In this document: one piece after another, positions 10,483 to 23,519 of the stretch | Numbering within the stretch: position 1 is the first letter of the stretch | Layout of the letters: each line of letters opens with the position of its first letter | NCBI GenBank assembly: GCA_013239625.1 | Contig: MU053652.1 | Span: forward strand, 8,145,027 to 8,209,026 | Length of the DNA: 64,000 nucleotides | DNA from: Lama guanicoe | Taxonomy: Eukaryota | Direction: 5' to 3' | Position numbers and translations under genes: made by a program | The notes under the pieces: generated by a model | Told to the model about the DNA's origin: nothing | Seen by the model: only the letters and a program-made list of their open reading frames with translations | The model's database searches: none

Positions 10483-11127
10483 AGAGCTCCGTTTATACTA
10501 AGCAAACCTGTGATCCCTGCAGCTGATGCTGTTCTCTGCCTTCCATTGACTAAATTGCTGTACTTTAATTCCATGCAAGATGTCAGCTAAGGGAAAATAA
10601 AGAAATGACTTCAAATATAATAGCCATTTTGAATCATGTTTTTTCCCCTGCCTATGTTCTTATTGGGAAGGGGAAGGTGTAAAGAGGAGAAACTAGCTAA
10701 ATTTTTAGCTTTTTTGAATAATTTTCTAGTAGAAGCCAGGCTAAGAAAAATTTCACTCTAGGGATTGAAAGAAAGGGCAACAAGAAATTGAAACTATGTT
10801 TAATATTATATTTAGTAAACTAAGCTGCCTTATAAATATTTAATCACTGGAAGCACAGCCAATACTAGCAATATCATTTCATTTAGGACCCATAGTGGGA
10901 TTGAAGTTCATTCCCGAAGCTGATATTCCACTGCTTCTTCAATTAATCCACACAACTCCCTTTGTGTATTTAATCAAATTACTGCAGTATCAAATTAAAT
11001 GTTCTATTCACATGCATTTCTAATTTCAGGAAGCTGATCTTACTGAATTTTTGTAAACAGAGCTCCATTTACACAAAGCAAGCCTACTATAAATAAAGAA
11101 ATGACTTCAAATGTAACTGTCATTTCA
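10483..11127 (+). repeat. Diverged local direct duplication
   Basis: AGAGCTCCgTTTAtACtAAGCAAaCCT (10483-10509) vs AGAGCTCCaTTTAcACaAAGCAAgCCT (11059-11085). AAATAAAGAAATGACTTCAAAT is identical at 10595-10616 and 11091-11112. Confidence 0.85.
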
Positions 11128-11190
11128 GACAAACTGAAAAAATTTGCCTTTTTATGGTTTGGGGCTGGTGTGCTCTTTTAAATATTAATA

Positions 11191-11240
11191 TTCAATCTAG
11201 TTAAAGAATAGTTTATTCAGCCTAGTTAAAGAATTGTTTA
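11191..11240 (+). repeat. 25-bp tandem duplication (2 copies, 3 mismatches)
   Basis: TTCAATCTAGTTAAAGAATAGTTTA / TTCAGCCTAGTTAAAGAATTGTTTA. Confidence 0.85.
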
Positions 11241-11609
11241 TGTCTTGTGGCAAGTTAAAGCATTTCCAGAATTTCCTAAGTACATAGAGATATTTGCTTT
11301 CTCAGTAAGTAAAAAAAAAATATGCAAAAGTTAAAATAATCTTGACTCCTTGCAATCACGACACAAATTGTAGGAAAAGCATGGAAAAAGACTTCTGTTC
11401 TTTGAACTGTGTGTGAGGCAGATCAATTTCTCATGGTGTGTGTATTGGCCAAAGTAGGACAATAGTGGATTTAAAGTCAGGAGGCCTGACCCAGTATTTT
11501 CCCATTTCTGTCACTAACAAACTGCAGGATATTAAAACCTGCCTTCTTTGCTTCATAAATTTTTATAAAGGTTAACTAAAAACATGGAATCAGTAAGAGG
11601 ATCAGAGCA

Positions 11610-11712
11610 GCCCTAGCTTTGAATTCTGGCTCTATCTAGGAGCTGGGAGAAGTTGGGCAAGTTTGTTAATGTCTCAATTGCCTGTTTTTCTCATCTATAA
11701 AGGGGATAATGG
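11610..11712 (+). mobile_element. MIR SINE fragment
   Basis: tttgaattctggctcta...ttgggcaagtttgttaatgtctc...tttctcatctataaaggggataat. Confidence 0.65.
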
Positions 11713-11997
11713 ATATTGGACATTTTCCCACATTATATTATTCTTTAAGAATTACTTATTGTTCCTTTTATTTATGTTCCATAATGTGCTATTCCCATCT
11801 TTAATGATCACTTTTTGGCTTTATTTTTGCCCTTGGAAATCTGTAAAGTTCTATATATGTATTATCTAACGTTGTATAACAGAAATGTGTTAGTGTTTCT
11901 TGAATGAAACGTGGGCTAAGAAGTGGTGGAATAAAGTTAGATTAGTTCAAAGGTTGAGTATTTTGACCTGGTGAATTTGTCTGTAGAGAGGAAACTT

Positions 11998-12453
11998 TTT
12001 TTAATTGAAGTATAGTTAATTTACAGTATTATTTTAGTTTGAGGTGTACAACATAGTGATTCAATATTTGTATTGATTATCCTCCCTTTAAAGTTATTAT
12101 AAAACAATGGCTATATTTACCTATGCTGTACAATATATCCATGTTGCTTACCTATTTGATACACAGTAGTTTGTGTCTCAATGCCATACTCCTATCTTGC
12201 CCTGCCCCCACTTTCTTCCCCCAACTGGTAACCATTAGTTTGTTCTCTATATCTGTGAGTCTGCTTCTGTTTTATTACATACATTTGTTTGTTTTATTTT
12301 TTAGATTCCACATATAAGTGAAAAGTATTTGTCTTTCTCTGTCTGACTTATTTCCTAAGCATAATACTTACTCTCTAGGTCCACCCATATTGTTGCTAAT
12401 GGCAGAATTCCATTCTTTTTTTTCATTGCTGAATAATATACACGTATACACCA
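11998..12453 (-). mobile_element. 5'-truncated L1 3' end with 14-bp TSD
   Basis: TSD TAGAGAGGAAACTT (11984-11997) / TAGGGAGGAAACTT (12454-12467). Body begins ttaattgaagtatagttaatttaca, typical of an artiodactyl L1 3' end. Confidence 0.88.
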
Positions 12454-12789
12454 TAGGGAGGAAACTTAAAGATAAGCCCAGGATACGTCTACATAATGCT
12501 TTCTCTAAGAATAAGGAGCCTTCGGCTGCTTTTCTCCAGGGCTTTCTTTACTTGACTTGACATTGTGGAGGGGTATTTAGTCAGGGGATGTCTTAACTTT
12601 CAGGAAACAAGTTGTAGAAGTAGGTACCCTTGATATTTGTGATTTGATTGAAAAGGAGAGTTGATTAAGATTAATAAAGAAAATAGATGGTATTTATTAA
12701 TTCAATCAGGATTTACTTTTGAATGTGCCACACACTGTTCGTAGTGCTTGGGAGAAAACAAGGAAATCTAATGGACACAATTCTTTATT

Positions 12790-13350
12790 GTTTTAGTTGC
12801 ATTTGAGTTTAGCTGCAAATAGCAGAGTCAGCAATTTATAATAACTTAATCAAATAGGGGGTCAGTTGTCTTATGAAACAAGAAGCCCAGAGGTTAGCAG
12901 CTGGAGGTTTGTATGGTAGCTTCCCAGTGCTCTCAGAAACCCAGGCTCCCTAACTTCTTCCTCAGCCGTATTTAACCTTTGGCTTTAATCCTAATGCTTG
13001 TGTACTCGTTTAAAGATAAGATAGCTACTTCATCTCCTGCATAATACCCACCTTCTGGATGTGGCAAAGCCTAAAGTTACTTAACAGATGAGTCTTCCCA
13101 CTTCTAAAAAACTTTCTTATAAGCTTTATCTAATGGCTTCTATTAAAAATATATACATATACAAATATATTGTGTATATATAAATATCTATCTATCTGCC
13201 AGAAACTTGTCACATGGCCTCTTCTAGCTATAATAAGGGCTAAGAAAACTAAGCATGTCACAAAATACTAAATCAGGCCCCTATATAAAATCAGTCCTCT
13301 AAATATGAATGGAAGAGAGAATGAATATTGGGTTTGGCAACTAGCAGTGT
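12790..13350 (-). mobile_element. ERVL-MaLR LTR (old MLT1-type)
   Basis: tttagctgcaaatagcaga...aagaagcccagagg...ccagaaacttgtcacatggcc...atattgggtttggcaactagcagtgtgcc. Confidence 0.55.
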
Positions 13351-14143
13351 GCCCCTTTCATTAGAAAACAGATTGTCTTATAATGTGGCAAAGCTGTGTA
13401 ACAACATTCAAAGTGCTGTTATAGCTGTAGAGAGATAAGAAGCCTAAAAATTAATTAAGAGCAGCTAAAAACAGAAAGGCACAAAGACGTAACAAAGGCA
13501 AGAAAGTCATTTTCTGTTTGGAAAACAGAAGAGAGATGTTGCAGGAACTCATATCTAAGACAGTAAAAAGGGTGACCAGAGAGAAGTTTACATTGTCACA
13601 GCACCATTGTGATCTCTATTTTGAATGCTGGAAAGATGGAGGAAAGGACTAATTTTAGGAAAAAAATCAAGTTGGTAATTATATCAGTATTGACATAGAT
13701 TTGAAGAGAACCAAGGTGACAAGAGCATTCACACAGAAATACTGGTTGAATGTTTGCCTTATGGTGCCAAGAGACACATATATGAAGAAGACCTAGGTTG
13801 AATCTTTGAGGAATTTTCCTTATTATCCATGGAAGAGACTCGCAAGCAGATAGTGAAATTCAAGGCAGAATGAACTGAATATTGCAATTAAAGTACATGA
13901 AAGTGCTTGCAAGCATGGAAGAAGGAGGGATTCATTTGGACTCAAAGAGGTCAGAGAGAATCGAGAGGCTTCCAGGTTAAAGCGTCATAAAAGCTGAACT
14001 CTGAAAGATGATGGACAAAGTAAGAAAAAAATGTGTTCTGGTCAGAGAGAACTGACAAGCAGAGGCACTGAGGCATAAAAGTGTTTTTACTTGGAAAATA
14101 TATCTGTGACATTTAATAGAATTTGATTTTCTTTTCTTTTCAG

Positions 14144-14326
14144 GGATATGAACCCTTGTTTATTCACAAGATCAAACACAAACATTTCCTGGCTAAGAAC
14201 TATTTTTCTCAAATTCCACTGCTGGCTGCATTTTTACTTGATGATGGTGAAGTAGATGAGATCAGAAAGAATCATCAGACAGACACCACACCTAAGATTA
14301 TAGAAATCCAGAGGCCTAGCCCTTAG
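14144..14326 (+). CDS. IQUB: IQUB last coding exon ([14 protein letters not shown]...[17 protein letters not shown])
   Basis: Strong acceptor ttttcttttcag|GGA, TAG stop at 14324-14326. C-terminus matches IQUB as recalled. Confidence 0.95.
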   Translation, partial: GYEPLFIHKIKHKHFLAKNYFSQIPLLAAFLLDDGEVDEIRKNHQTDTTPKIIEIQRPSP

Positions 14327-15011
14327 AAGATCCAGGAGTATTTTTTGATGATCAGCATTTTTGTCCACTGCTAGTAGAATAATACAGAGGTCACACAAGA
14401 TGGAAATAGAATTTTATCTTTTTGTTGATTTTAATCGTTTTTCATATTGTCATAAGTTGTATGAAGAGAACGTTCCTATATAAACCCTTTACTGTTAGAC
14501 AGTTAGTGCTAAATTTAAGTACAATTTTGTTTCCAAAATTAGTATTTTAAAGTGAAGAGAACATTTTATTTTACTTATTTTTCACATTAAATTTTTTAAA
14601 AATGTCAAGTACATTATAGTTAAAATCAACAGAAAACCAAAAGTTAGGCTTATCTTTCAACTCATATTTATTTTAGATAAAATGTAGTTAAAGCAGAATA
14701 ATCAGTACAAGGATGAGAGGAAACATTATAGAGTTCTCCTTCATGAAAATCTTTACAGGTAGGATGAAAGATGCTATGTTTTAATATAAATATTTGAATC
14801 TTCACATTTTATCTTCATCTTCCATTCTTCTCAAAATTTCAATGGAAAAACTGAAACTATTTATAAACAAACAAAAAGTACATTCCACGCTGGAAGACAG
14901 GATAAATATCTTTTGTTCTATGGTAGAAAACCTCCCAGTGGGGCAATAAGGAACTCTGTAAGAAGAATAAACTTGGTCAAGTAAACTTTAACAATTCCTT
15001 TCCCTAATAAA
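14327..15011 (+). other. IQUB: Probable IQUB 3' UTR with candidate poly(A) signals
   Basis: AT-rich sequence after the stop. ATTAAA at 14586-14591, AATAAA at 14966-14971 and 15006-15011. The site actually used cannot be determined from sequence. Confidence 0.5.
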
Positions 15012-15069
15012 CCAAAAGAATAGCCTTGACCACATGCATGGCAGGGACCCACAATGATGAACAGGGTAA

Positions 15070-15530
15070 TGAGTCAGTCTTAACAAAATTGGCAGCGCAT
15101 TCAAAATAGGATGATTCAAGGAGAGTTTATTTACAAAGGGATTTTTTTATAAAGCCTAGGCAGAGTGTAGGGAAACTGAGGAAACAGTGTAGGAACCTGG
15201 GGTCAGTATTAGATAAGCTGTCTCTACCCTAATCTCCAGTGAATCTGGGGAGGGAGAGGCCTGGGAACCTGGAAAAAGTGTAAAGAAGATAACGGAGAGG
15301 ACCAGTGACCAGCTGTCACGGCCCAGATGATCTCATGAGCCTGACAGATAAACACTCTGATCTCATCTTCTCCCTTCCTCCAGTCTCCTGCTTGGATTTC
15401 CCACTGGCGGAACCCAAAAGGAAAGCAAAAAAGACAGAAGTCTGTGGACACAATTCATACAGCTTCAGGGCAAAGATCAAAGGAGATAAGAGGGAGTGGA
15501 TCTGGCTGGCTCAGGAGAAGATATCCAGCT
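15070..15530 (-). mobile_element. ERVL LTR (LTR41/LTR33-like)
   Basis: Reverse complement begins gctggatatcttc...ccagatccactccc, like LTR33/41 5' ends. Confidence 0.5.
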
Positions 15531-16539
15531 GAGAGAGGATTAAAAGTGAAAATGAAGATCTGTAATTCAAGTAGTAATATTTCAACACACAACATAATTA
15601 TATATGTGTGTATGTACAGAGAGAGAATTCTCCCAATTCCAGTCAGCAGTTAGCAAGGCTGTTCTCTCAAGCTTAGTGATCAAGGAAACAAGGAATTCAA
15701 TCTAAATATTAATACTTGTTTTACAAAATATTTTCCAACACTTTAACAACATATTTTCTAGGATGTCCACAGTGGTTTTACTTGGCAAATGAATGGCACG
15801 TGGATATTTAAGGAACTAAACATCAAAAAGGGAAGTGCTATAAAGCCACCATTATTTTCAAGTTTTCATAGACAATTCAGATGTTCTGGGAACTTTCTAA
15901 ACAGTAAATTACAGATAGGATTAGATTGGGGACCATTCTGATCACTGATAAAAAGGTTAAGATTTAACACAGACAAAAGTGGGTTTACACTGGAAGGACA
16001 ATGAGCAGAGTTTCACAAGACAGTTCAGGAGAATCCCCTAGCTCGGAGCAGGAAGGGCTGGGGAGGCAGGCAGTGAGAGGGCAATAGTTAGACAGACGCA
16101 AATGAAGGACACTGAGGATTCCTCTGTTGACCTCGGGGTGAAGCATCTGACTAGATGGCATTTGCTTACGGTGATAGAAGACTGTGGCGCACAGCTGAGG
16201 GGCAGGCCAACCAGAGCAGCTGAATCACATATGAAAAGGGACAGCATCTTAATTTAGGGCTGGGAGAATAACCACAAAGAGGGGGAAAGAAAAAAAACCA
16301 GGTCAACGACAGACTTTCTTTAATAAAGTCAGCTCTTCTGGTAAACTCATTTCTATCTTGCTAGAACTCCAATTCTCATTTTTCACAGATATCCAAAAAT
16401 CCACAGCATAAGGGGTTGGAGATGTCAGCAGAGGGGAAGTCGGGTTGCTGCTCCTAGAATCCTAGCTCCAGGATATTGGGAAGCAACTGGTTAAGAAGTT
16501 AAGTTCCTCTCTGCCTTTAAAGTATCTGCATTCCTCTAG

Positions 16540-18300
16540 TTTAGAACCTCGTGGACACACCTCCTCTGGCCCACTAACAAGTGAAACCATGGAAGATATT
16601 CCTTCTTTCTCCTTTAGGGAGACTGTATTATATGGATAAAGTCCTAAACAATAGAGCAGAATGAAAGTTTATATCCCGATATTGCAAAAACCGACTGACA
16701 AAGAATAGCCACCATATATTTAAAGATTCAAAAATCAAAAGATAGATCCTTTTGAGGACTGGAAACAAATACTCGTTTAACAAATCTCTTAATTATGTTA
16801 AGGACATTTGATAGCATTTTTCATCCTTTGGGAGAAAATGATACTGGGAAAAGTTGCTATTACATAGAATAAACAATTGCTGAATTACAAAAAAACCTCA
16901 TATTGGTGGCAATGAAGAGCAGATTTGGTACTTGAAAGCTAAAACAGAAATTTGGTGGATGAGCTCAAGAGAGGGTCCCCTGGAAGTCAGAGGAAAAGTC
17001 AAAGAAATAAGGTAGATAAACAAAAATAATAAGTTTAACAGCTTTGCTCTGTCTACACTAGAAATAACATAAGCCGATGATGGAGTAGAAGAGGAGAAAC
17101 TACTAGCAAACAGAGATTTAAAGCTCATTTTCCTAAGCTGAAAAGGCATATGATCTTAGCTGTATAAAGAGTCTACCAAATACTGGAAGAATTAACATAG
17201 AGAGACACACATAGACACAACCTCATGACATTCTGGATTTCAAAAATATTGACCAAATTCTATAAGCATTCAAGTTGGAGGGGAAAAGCTGCAAGAAAAA
17301 GTAGCAACAGCGTGGATTTCTCTTCCTCAATGCTAAATGCCAGAAGATAAGGGAGGAACATTTCTATTGAAGAATTTTGAATTTTGAGGGTTAAAAAATG
17401 ACCTGAGGATTTTTTCTTTCTGAAGTCAACAGAAAGACACTGTTAGGCAGAAGCATCTCATCAGTCTACGTGTGCCCACTCTACTCAGCTCCCTTGAAAT
17501 GGTGGGGTCAAGTCTGGATGTGAGCTTGTATATGAGAAATGGCTGTGAGCATTCCAACTTCAAGATCCTTTCTAAATGATCCTCACTTGTATGTTATGAC
17601 ACAATGTAATGGACAAAAATAATTTTTCAAATAAAAATCTATTTCCAAAAAAAAAAATCTGAATCTGTGAAAAAAGAAAAAATACCCTGAGTATTCTAAC
17701 TAAACATCTGCTGTATGAAGGTTCAGAGGGATAAAAGTGTCCCAAATCTTTTTAAGGGGAGAAGAGTCAACAGATACGTAGGTAAGAAAGTAGATACTCA
17801 AATATTCAATTAAAAAATTTAAAAGCAACTAAAAAAACTTAAAGGCATCTGCTAGCAGAATGAAAATGGAATTATAAACTCCATATTTCTAGAGAGGAAA
17901 AGAGACCAATAACAACCTTGAGAACTATTATGATATAAGGTTTTTTGTTTGTTTTGTTTTTTAGGTTAATAGGAAGAAAGTACATATAAGAGAAAAACAA
18001 GATTAAAAATATCAGTGCATAAATTTGAGTAAATGAAAACTCTAGTAAAGTATAATTATTCTTGTATGGTATCAAATGAGTGAACTAGATGCTGTGTACC
18101 AGATATATACCCAAACAAAATGACATGTAAAGATATTTAGTAAAACTGTATCAATCATAATGCAAGCAGACAACAGAAAATTGGTGGCAATATTAATATC
18201 AAGGATGAAATTGAGAAGAAATATAGCAGAGCAGAAGAAATTATTTTGATAAATTATTATTCACAATATAAATGACTAATTAATCTCTATGTTAGGTATG
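16540..18300 (+). mobile_element. Very old L1 5' region (ORF1 to start of ORF2), heavily decayed
   Basis: A-rich strand with L1 ORF1-like motifs (gatttctcttcctcaatgctaaatgccagaaga) and ORF2 endonuclease-like ggtggcaatattaatatc. Confidence 0.5.
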
Positions 18301-18326
18301 AAATTAGGTTTAAAACAAAAAGTCAG

Positions 18327-18720
18327 TTGGGAAACAGTTCTCTGTAGGCTTCTAATGTTTCTGCATGTCTTTTGAGCAGAGCTACTTAGTTCTCTTTTTT
18401 TCCAAGGAATGTGTATAACAAGCAGCTTTGAAGATAGAGATAGTGTTCACTATCTCCTGTAAAATGTTCAGAGCCTCTAAGCCCAGCATCCCCTGTCTGT
18501 AAAGCAGCTCACTGTGTGTGTGTGTCACGTGGACTTGGTGTCATCCTGAGGGAATTAGGGCAAAATCCTGATACTCTGATTGCTGTTTCTGTGAACAATA
18601 AGTTGTGCTTTATCTCTGACCCATGAGTCTTGTGTCTTCTGCTATCATTTATGAAGTCGTGGCACCAAACTTGCTAGCTTGCAATTAGAGTGGCATCTCA
18701 GACCCTTCTTGATTCTTGAT
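18327..18720 (+). mobile_element. ERVL solo LTR (LTR40-like)
   Basis: ttgggaaacagttctctgtagg...gaagatagagatagtgt...aataagttgtgctttatctctgaccc...tctcagacccttc...ttga. Homologous to 658-810. Confidence 0.6.
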
Positions 18721-18929
18721 ATGAATATCCTTAGAAATGAAGAAAAAAAAAGTGAGTCAAGAGGTAGAAAATGCTGTTTCTCTTCTCTCCCCAGGGACAC
18801 TGGGTGATTGATTGCAATTCTCCACCCTCTTGAAGTGAGATGGGATTATGTAACATGCTTTGCCCAATGGAAAGCAAGTAGAATTATCTTGTGTCACTTC
18901 TGAGCATTGAAGCAATGAATGATTCTAAT

Positions 18930-19135
18930 TCTACTAGATATTCTGCTTTGAAGAAATAGAAAAAGAGTGACTACTTCTCAGCTTGTGAGGGCAGCATGTC
19001 CTTGATATCAAAATTTAACAAGGAGAGTACGAGAAAAAACATGTTAGGCCTATTGCACTATGAATATAGATCCAAAAATCCTAAACAAAATAATAGCAAA
19101 CCAAATCCAAAAAATATATGAAAAGATGAAAGCAC
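18930..19135 (+). mobile_element. L1 ORF2 (RT region) fragment
   Basis: atgaatatagatccaaaaatcctaaacaaaataatagcaaaccaaatccaa encodes MNIDPKILNKIIANQIQ, the L1 RT motif. Confidence 0.85.
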
Positions 19136-19169
19136 ATGGCTTTTCCTGGTTACTCATCATGTACCTCTT

Positions 19170-20590
19170 CAGCGCTGCCCTTGCCTTCCCTTCTCTGCTC
19201 TGTGCCCTTGGAGGCTGACCCTTAGCACAGCATCCATGTGTGCATAGCCTCCCTCAGCCGGATTTGGTCAGTAGGAAGCATCAGCAGGAACTATGAGGTC
19301 TGAAAGAACGAGGTTGGGATATTTATTCCCCTGGCTTCTCCCGTCTGCTTTTTGGCCTATTTTTGTCAAGTGACTGCTTTTCTCTGCCTAAGACCACAGC
19401 TCCGGTTGGATGGTCATCCCTCCTACTCTACAGCTCTTTGAATTCTGGGGCTCATTCCTTTTCTTTACTGCTTCAGCTTATTGGTGATAATGGCTTTCCT
19501 TTGTAGCTAGGTTACAGTGCTTCACTTTTTTATTTACTTAAACAGTGTCCTCTCCCTTTGTAAACAGTCCTTTTACTAAATACTTCTCAAATAAACCAGG
19601 TCCTGCTGGACCCTGAACAAAACAGTAATAGCTACCAGGAGTGGTCCCAGCAAACAGACTTCAGAATGTAATCCTAGGCTTGGGCTTCTCACATATTTGA
19701 GGACCATTTGGGTACCCTCCTCATGGGAAATGGGACACTGGTAATATGAGCATGTGGTAGCATCATGATTACTCAAAATATCACCAGTGGAGGCATGGAA
19801 TGGGGTGCAGATGGAGGATAAGCACAGGGAGCTCAGATGGCTCTGGCAATTAGTTTGATGACAAAGATTGCAACATAAGATGGTTATTTCTTACACTAGA
19901 GAGAGTTCATAAAGAAAAGGATAAATTGAAAGCCTTGACTGTCCAACACATACCTGGCCAGAAATTCAGAAAGCCCTTAAGACAACTCTACAGAAATTAC
20001 TTATATCCTGTGTATATAGGGAAGATGTGGCTAAAAATTAGTTTGGAGCCTGACTGTAAGGTTTAAAGAGGTGTCTTGTCATTGAGACGTGCACCCAGGT
20101 AAGATTTCATGCTAAGGTGTGGAAGAACAAGGTATGGTCCGGTCTGAGTTAGCCTGTATATTGAAAGAGTTGCAGGATCATGTCAATTTTTACTAAGAGT
20201 CAGGGAAATATGTGTAAGAATTTATTGTAAAGGTATTAGACTAAAAAGGATTTAAAAAGATATCAAGCCAAGTTTATGTTCTTGCCTAGCATTCAGGATT
20301 TCATATGTTGTCTTGTGGCCCTGAGAATTGCTCTATGTGTTAACGGAAGCCTAAACTTGAAAGAAGCCTGTATCAATGAGCTTGAAATGCCTGAACTTCC
20401 CTGGAAAACATTATTCAGGAAGATGGGTTATTGGAGTGCATCTGTTATGTGCAACTTTCTCAGACACCTCTTAAAGGTGTGTCTTCTCCACAAGAGGGTC
20501 TTCACCAAGGCATTAATAAGTGCATTCATAAGTGGATTACCAGCATCCTTGAAAAACTCTGTAGTATCTCTTCTAGTAAATGACCCATGT
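19170..20590 (+). mobile_element. ERVL provirus remnant: LTR33-like LTR (~19170-19624) followed by ERVL internal gag region
   Basis: LTR motifs ctgctctgtgcccttggaggctgacc ... ctgctggaccctgaacaaaaca, then gctaccaggagtggtccc at the internal start. ORF 20276+ has ERVL gag-like ELEMPELPW and FTKAL..A...G.PASLKNSVVSLL. Confidence 0.75.
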
Positions 20591-20619
20591 CATTTACTAG
20601 AGGTCTGTGCCCCGGGGAA

Positions 20620-20878
20620 AAAACAAACAGCAGATCTTCTAGGGGCTCTCAGATTAATGGCCTCTGAAATGACGGAGGTTTCTGCTTCGGCAGATTGTGA
20701 TTCTCTGTATTTGCCTTTCATTCTCTCCCATATGGGGGTTAGTAGTTTGTCCTGTGACCTCACATCTCTTCTGGACCTTAGAAGAGTTGTTGATTTTTCA
20801 GTTTGTTTAGCTTTTTACTTGTTAGGGCGGAGCGGTGGCTTCTAAGCTTTCACATGCTGGACTGGAAACCAGAAGTCT
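20620..20878 (-). mobile_element. Old L1 5' end fragment (L1MC/L1M4-type)
   Basis: Ends ...gttgatttttcagtttgtttagctttttacttgtt...catgctggactggaaaccagaagtc, an antisense old-L1 5' terminus. Confidence 0.6.
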
Positions 20879-23519
20879 TCAGCATGCTCTTGCCTTGGAG
20901 AGAATTTGTTAATCCTTTTTCCAACTTAAAGTTAATGCATTGTGTATTTTAAAAAACATTTCTTATATTGCACAACATCTAATACACATAAAAATGGATT
21001 AAAATGTTATCAGTGACTGTTAATTTTAAAACATACACCTATATTCAATTTTCAGTCTTAGTGATTCAGGAGGAAATATTTCCATTACAGTCCCCATAAA
21101 TGTACACAATTACATAAATATACATTTATGTAATCAGGAAAGGAAAATACATACTGAACTATGAACCTGTCGAATCTGAACAGTTTGTGATAATTACAGA
21201 GTCAAAGTCTGCTTTTTTCATAAGATCTTGTGGACAGCCGTTGCAAGATGTTTGTGAGACATAAACTGCATTTGAAATTCTTCTCTCCCACATACGATAC
21301 AGCATTAAATTACAGTCTCAACAAATACATACTAAGAGTGATTGTTCTCAGATTCTAGAGAGCTGACATTTTTACACTGTGTCAAAACTGAAATTAAGAG
21401 CACATCAAAAGTGAATTCAGCAATGTTTAATCATCGCTGACTCAAGTGACTTGGCGTGAAGATTAATGTAGGGGATGCAAACACAAATCGGTCTGAACAG
21501 AGGATAAAGTTTTGCACAAGTCAGAAGTCTATTTTTCCTGACTCGCCATCAAAATAGTGTTCTGGAGTTTGGTATTTCATGTCAGTATTGGACTTGTGAA
21601 TTGAATTAGGTACAAGAACAAGTAACTGAAAGAAGGAAATTGGGTTATTTCTTCCTCATAGCTCTTCAAATTGTTCTCAGCTCTACCTATAGGCCTATCC
21701 CTCTGAGAAATGCTGGAAATCCCCCCTGGTTCTCTTTTCTACCTTCACTCCCTGCTCCTGCTTATTCCAATCCAATGTGGTTTTCAAGGTCAGTCCAACT
21801 GTACCTCATTCATTCATTTGCTAATTTATCCAACATTTATTTATTTCTTGAGTTTAATGTGAATTAGTTATTATGCCTTGAGGGCATAATGACAAGTAAA
21901 GTGCTATCCATGCCCTCAAGGAACCCATGTAGACAGACAGACAAATAATTGCAATCTTTCTGTGCCTCCTCATCTATACAGTGAAGTTGGCATTATTTCA
22001 GCTGTAGGATCGTTAAAAATTAGAGTGTGTTTACAAAACATGTGAGACACAGGAAGTGTTAAATATTTGTTTAATGAAGGATTAATGTGTGTTTGCTCTA
22101 AGTGTTTAAGACCGCATGATCCTCTTTATTTTATTATTTCATATGCAACATGTTGACAGGAGACACACGCAATTAGGTTTATCCTTCACTGACTGGGCAT
22201 TTTCTTAGTGGCCTACGTGGTTATTAACTGTACAGTAGTGACATGGCACTGTGGGAATTGGTCCAAAGCCATTGTATCCCAATTTGATCCAAGTGTCATC
22301 CGTTATCCTCACCGTCTCCTTTTACTGTACATGAAAGCTGTTCAAAAGAGACAGAACTCTACTTTCTGGAGGTGGAGGTTTCAGGTGTATAAAGTGTGAA
22401 CAGCTACTGCTGATACCTCACAGCTGTGAATTTTACAAGTATTCAAGAGGTTATTATGAACTTTCCAAAGCACTTTCTCAGGAAAAAAAAAATACTTCCC
22501 CAACTTTACAAGAGCTTTATCTGCAAATGGATTGCTCTGTCTCTCTCCTCCCACTCAGCTTGGCTTCCTGCTAAAGCTTGTGTTTGGCAGCTTCCAACGG
22601 TCTTCCTAACCTGCATTTATCTTTCCCAAATTAGAGGCAGCTGGGCAATTTTAGGAAGACAACAACTCACTAATTCTCTCTTTTCTAATTTGTAAAGCCA
22701 GTAATTCTCTCAAACTTGGGGAGACTGATTTGGCTTTGAAACAAAGAACTGTATGCGGTCTTGAACTTTTTAGGCTTTATAATTTTTCAAATATTCTCTA
22801 GGAGTGTGAAAGTTTTAAAAATACCAATTATTAGAAAAAAAACTTATAGATTGTGATAGCTTTATTCTCCTTACCTGTTTTTAAGTTGTTATGAATAAAA
22901 TCAACTGGAGTTGGTCTCCCAGTATGAATAAGAAACTATTTAATTTTTATTATGCATAGCAAGTGGCCAGGAAAAAAAAATCCCTGAGCTGAAAAAAATT
23001 TTAAATTGCTTTCTAATACGGAATAAAAAATTCTTATTGCTAAACAAAACCCCTTGCTGTTTTATATTAACAATGTATTTTTCAGTTGTTTGCTTTGGAC
23101 AAAATTTCAGAGATATTAACTGTTTTTAGCACATTATTATTTGAACTAGCAGGTTTTGATCTGCCTTTCAGATCATCTTTTCCTTGTGAATAACTCTTAA
23201 GGAAAAACTTTATCATGTAAGCCAAAATGCCACATACCAGTCAGGCTCCCTTCATGAGTTACGGAAGTGCAGAGAAGGAGAGCAGTCTTGGGTATTTGGG
23301 CATCATAATAATACTTTGTTTTAAAGACATCAATACACTAATAAAAATATTATGATAAGAAATAGCAAATATAGCCGTGTTATTCTTTTAACGAAAGCTG
23401 TATTTTACAAGATGCAAACCTGGCAACCTATGACTCACAAAAAGAACCCTGAATTCCCCCAATATACCTGTAATTTTTATTTGCAATGGTTGAAGTGTTC
23501 ATAAGGAATTAATTTTTAT

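Noticed and set aside
20276..20845. 189-aa ORF as a domesticated gag gene
   Set aside because: It is a chimera of decayed ERVL gag sequence and an antisense L1 5' end, with gag motifs deleted or scrambled.
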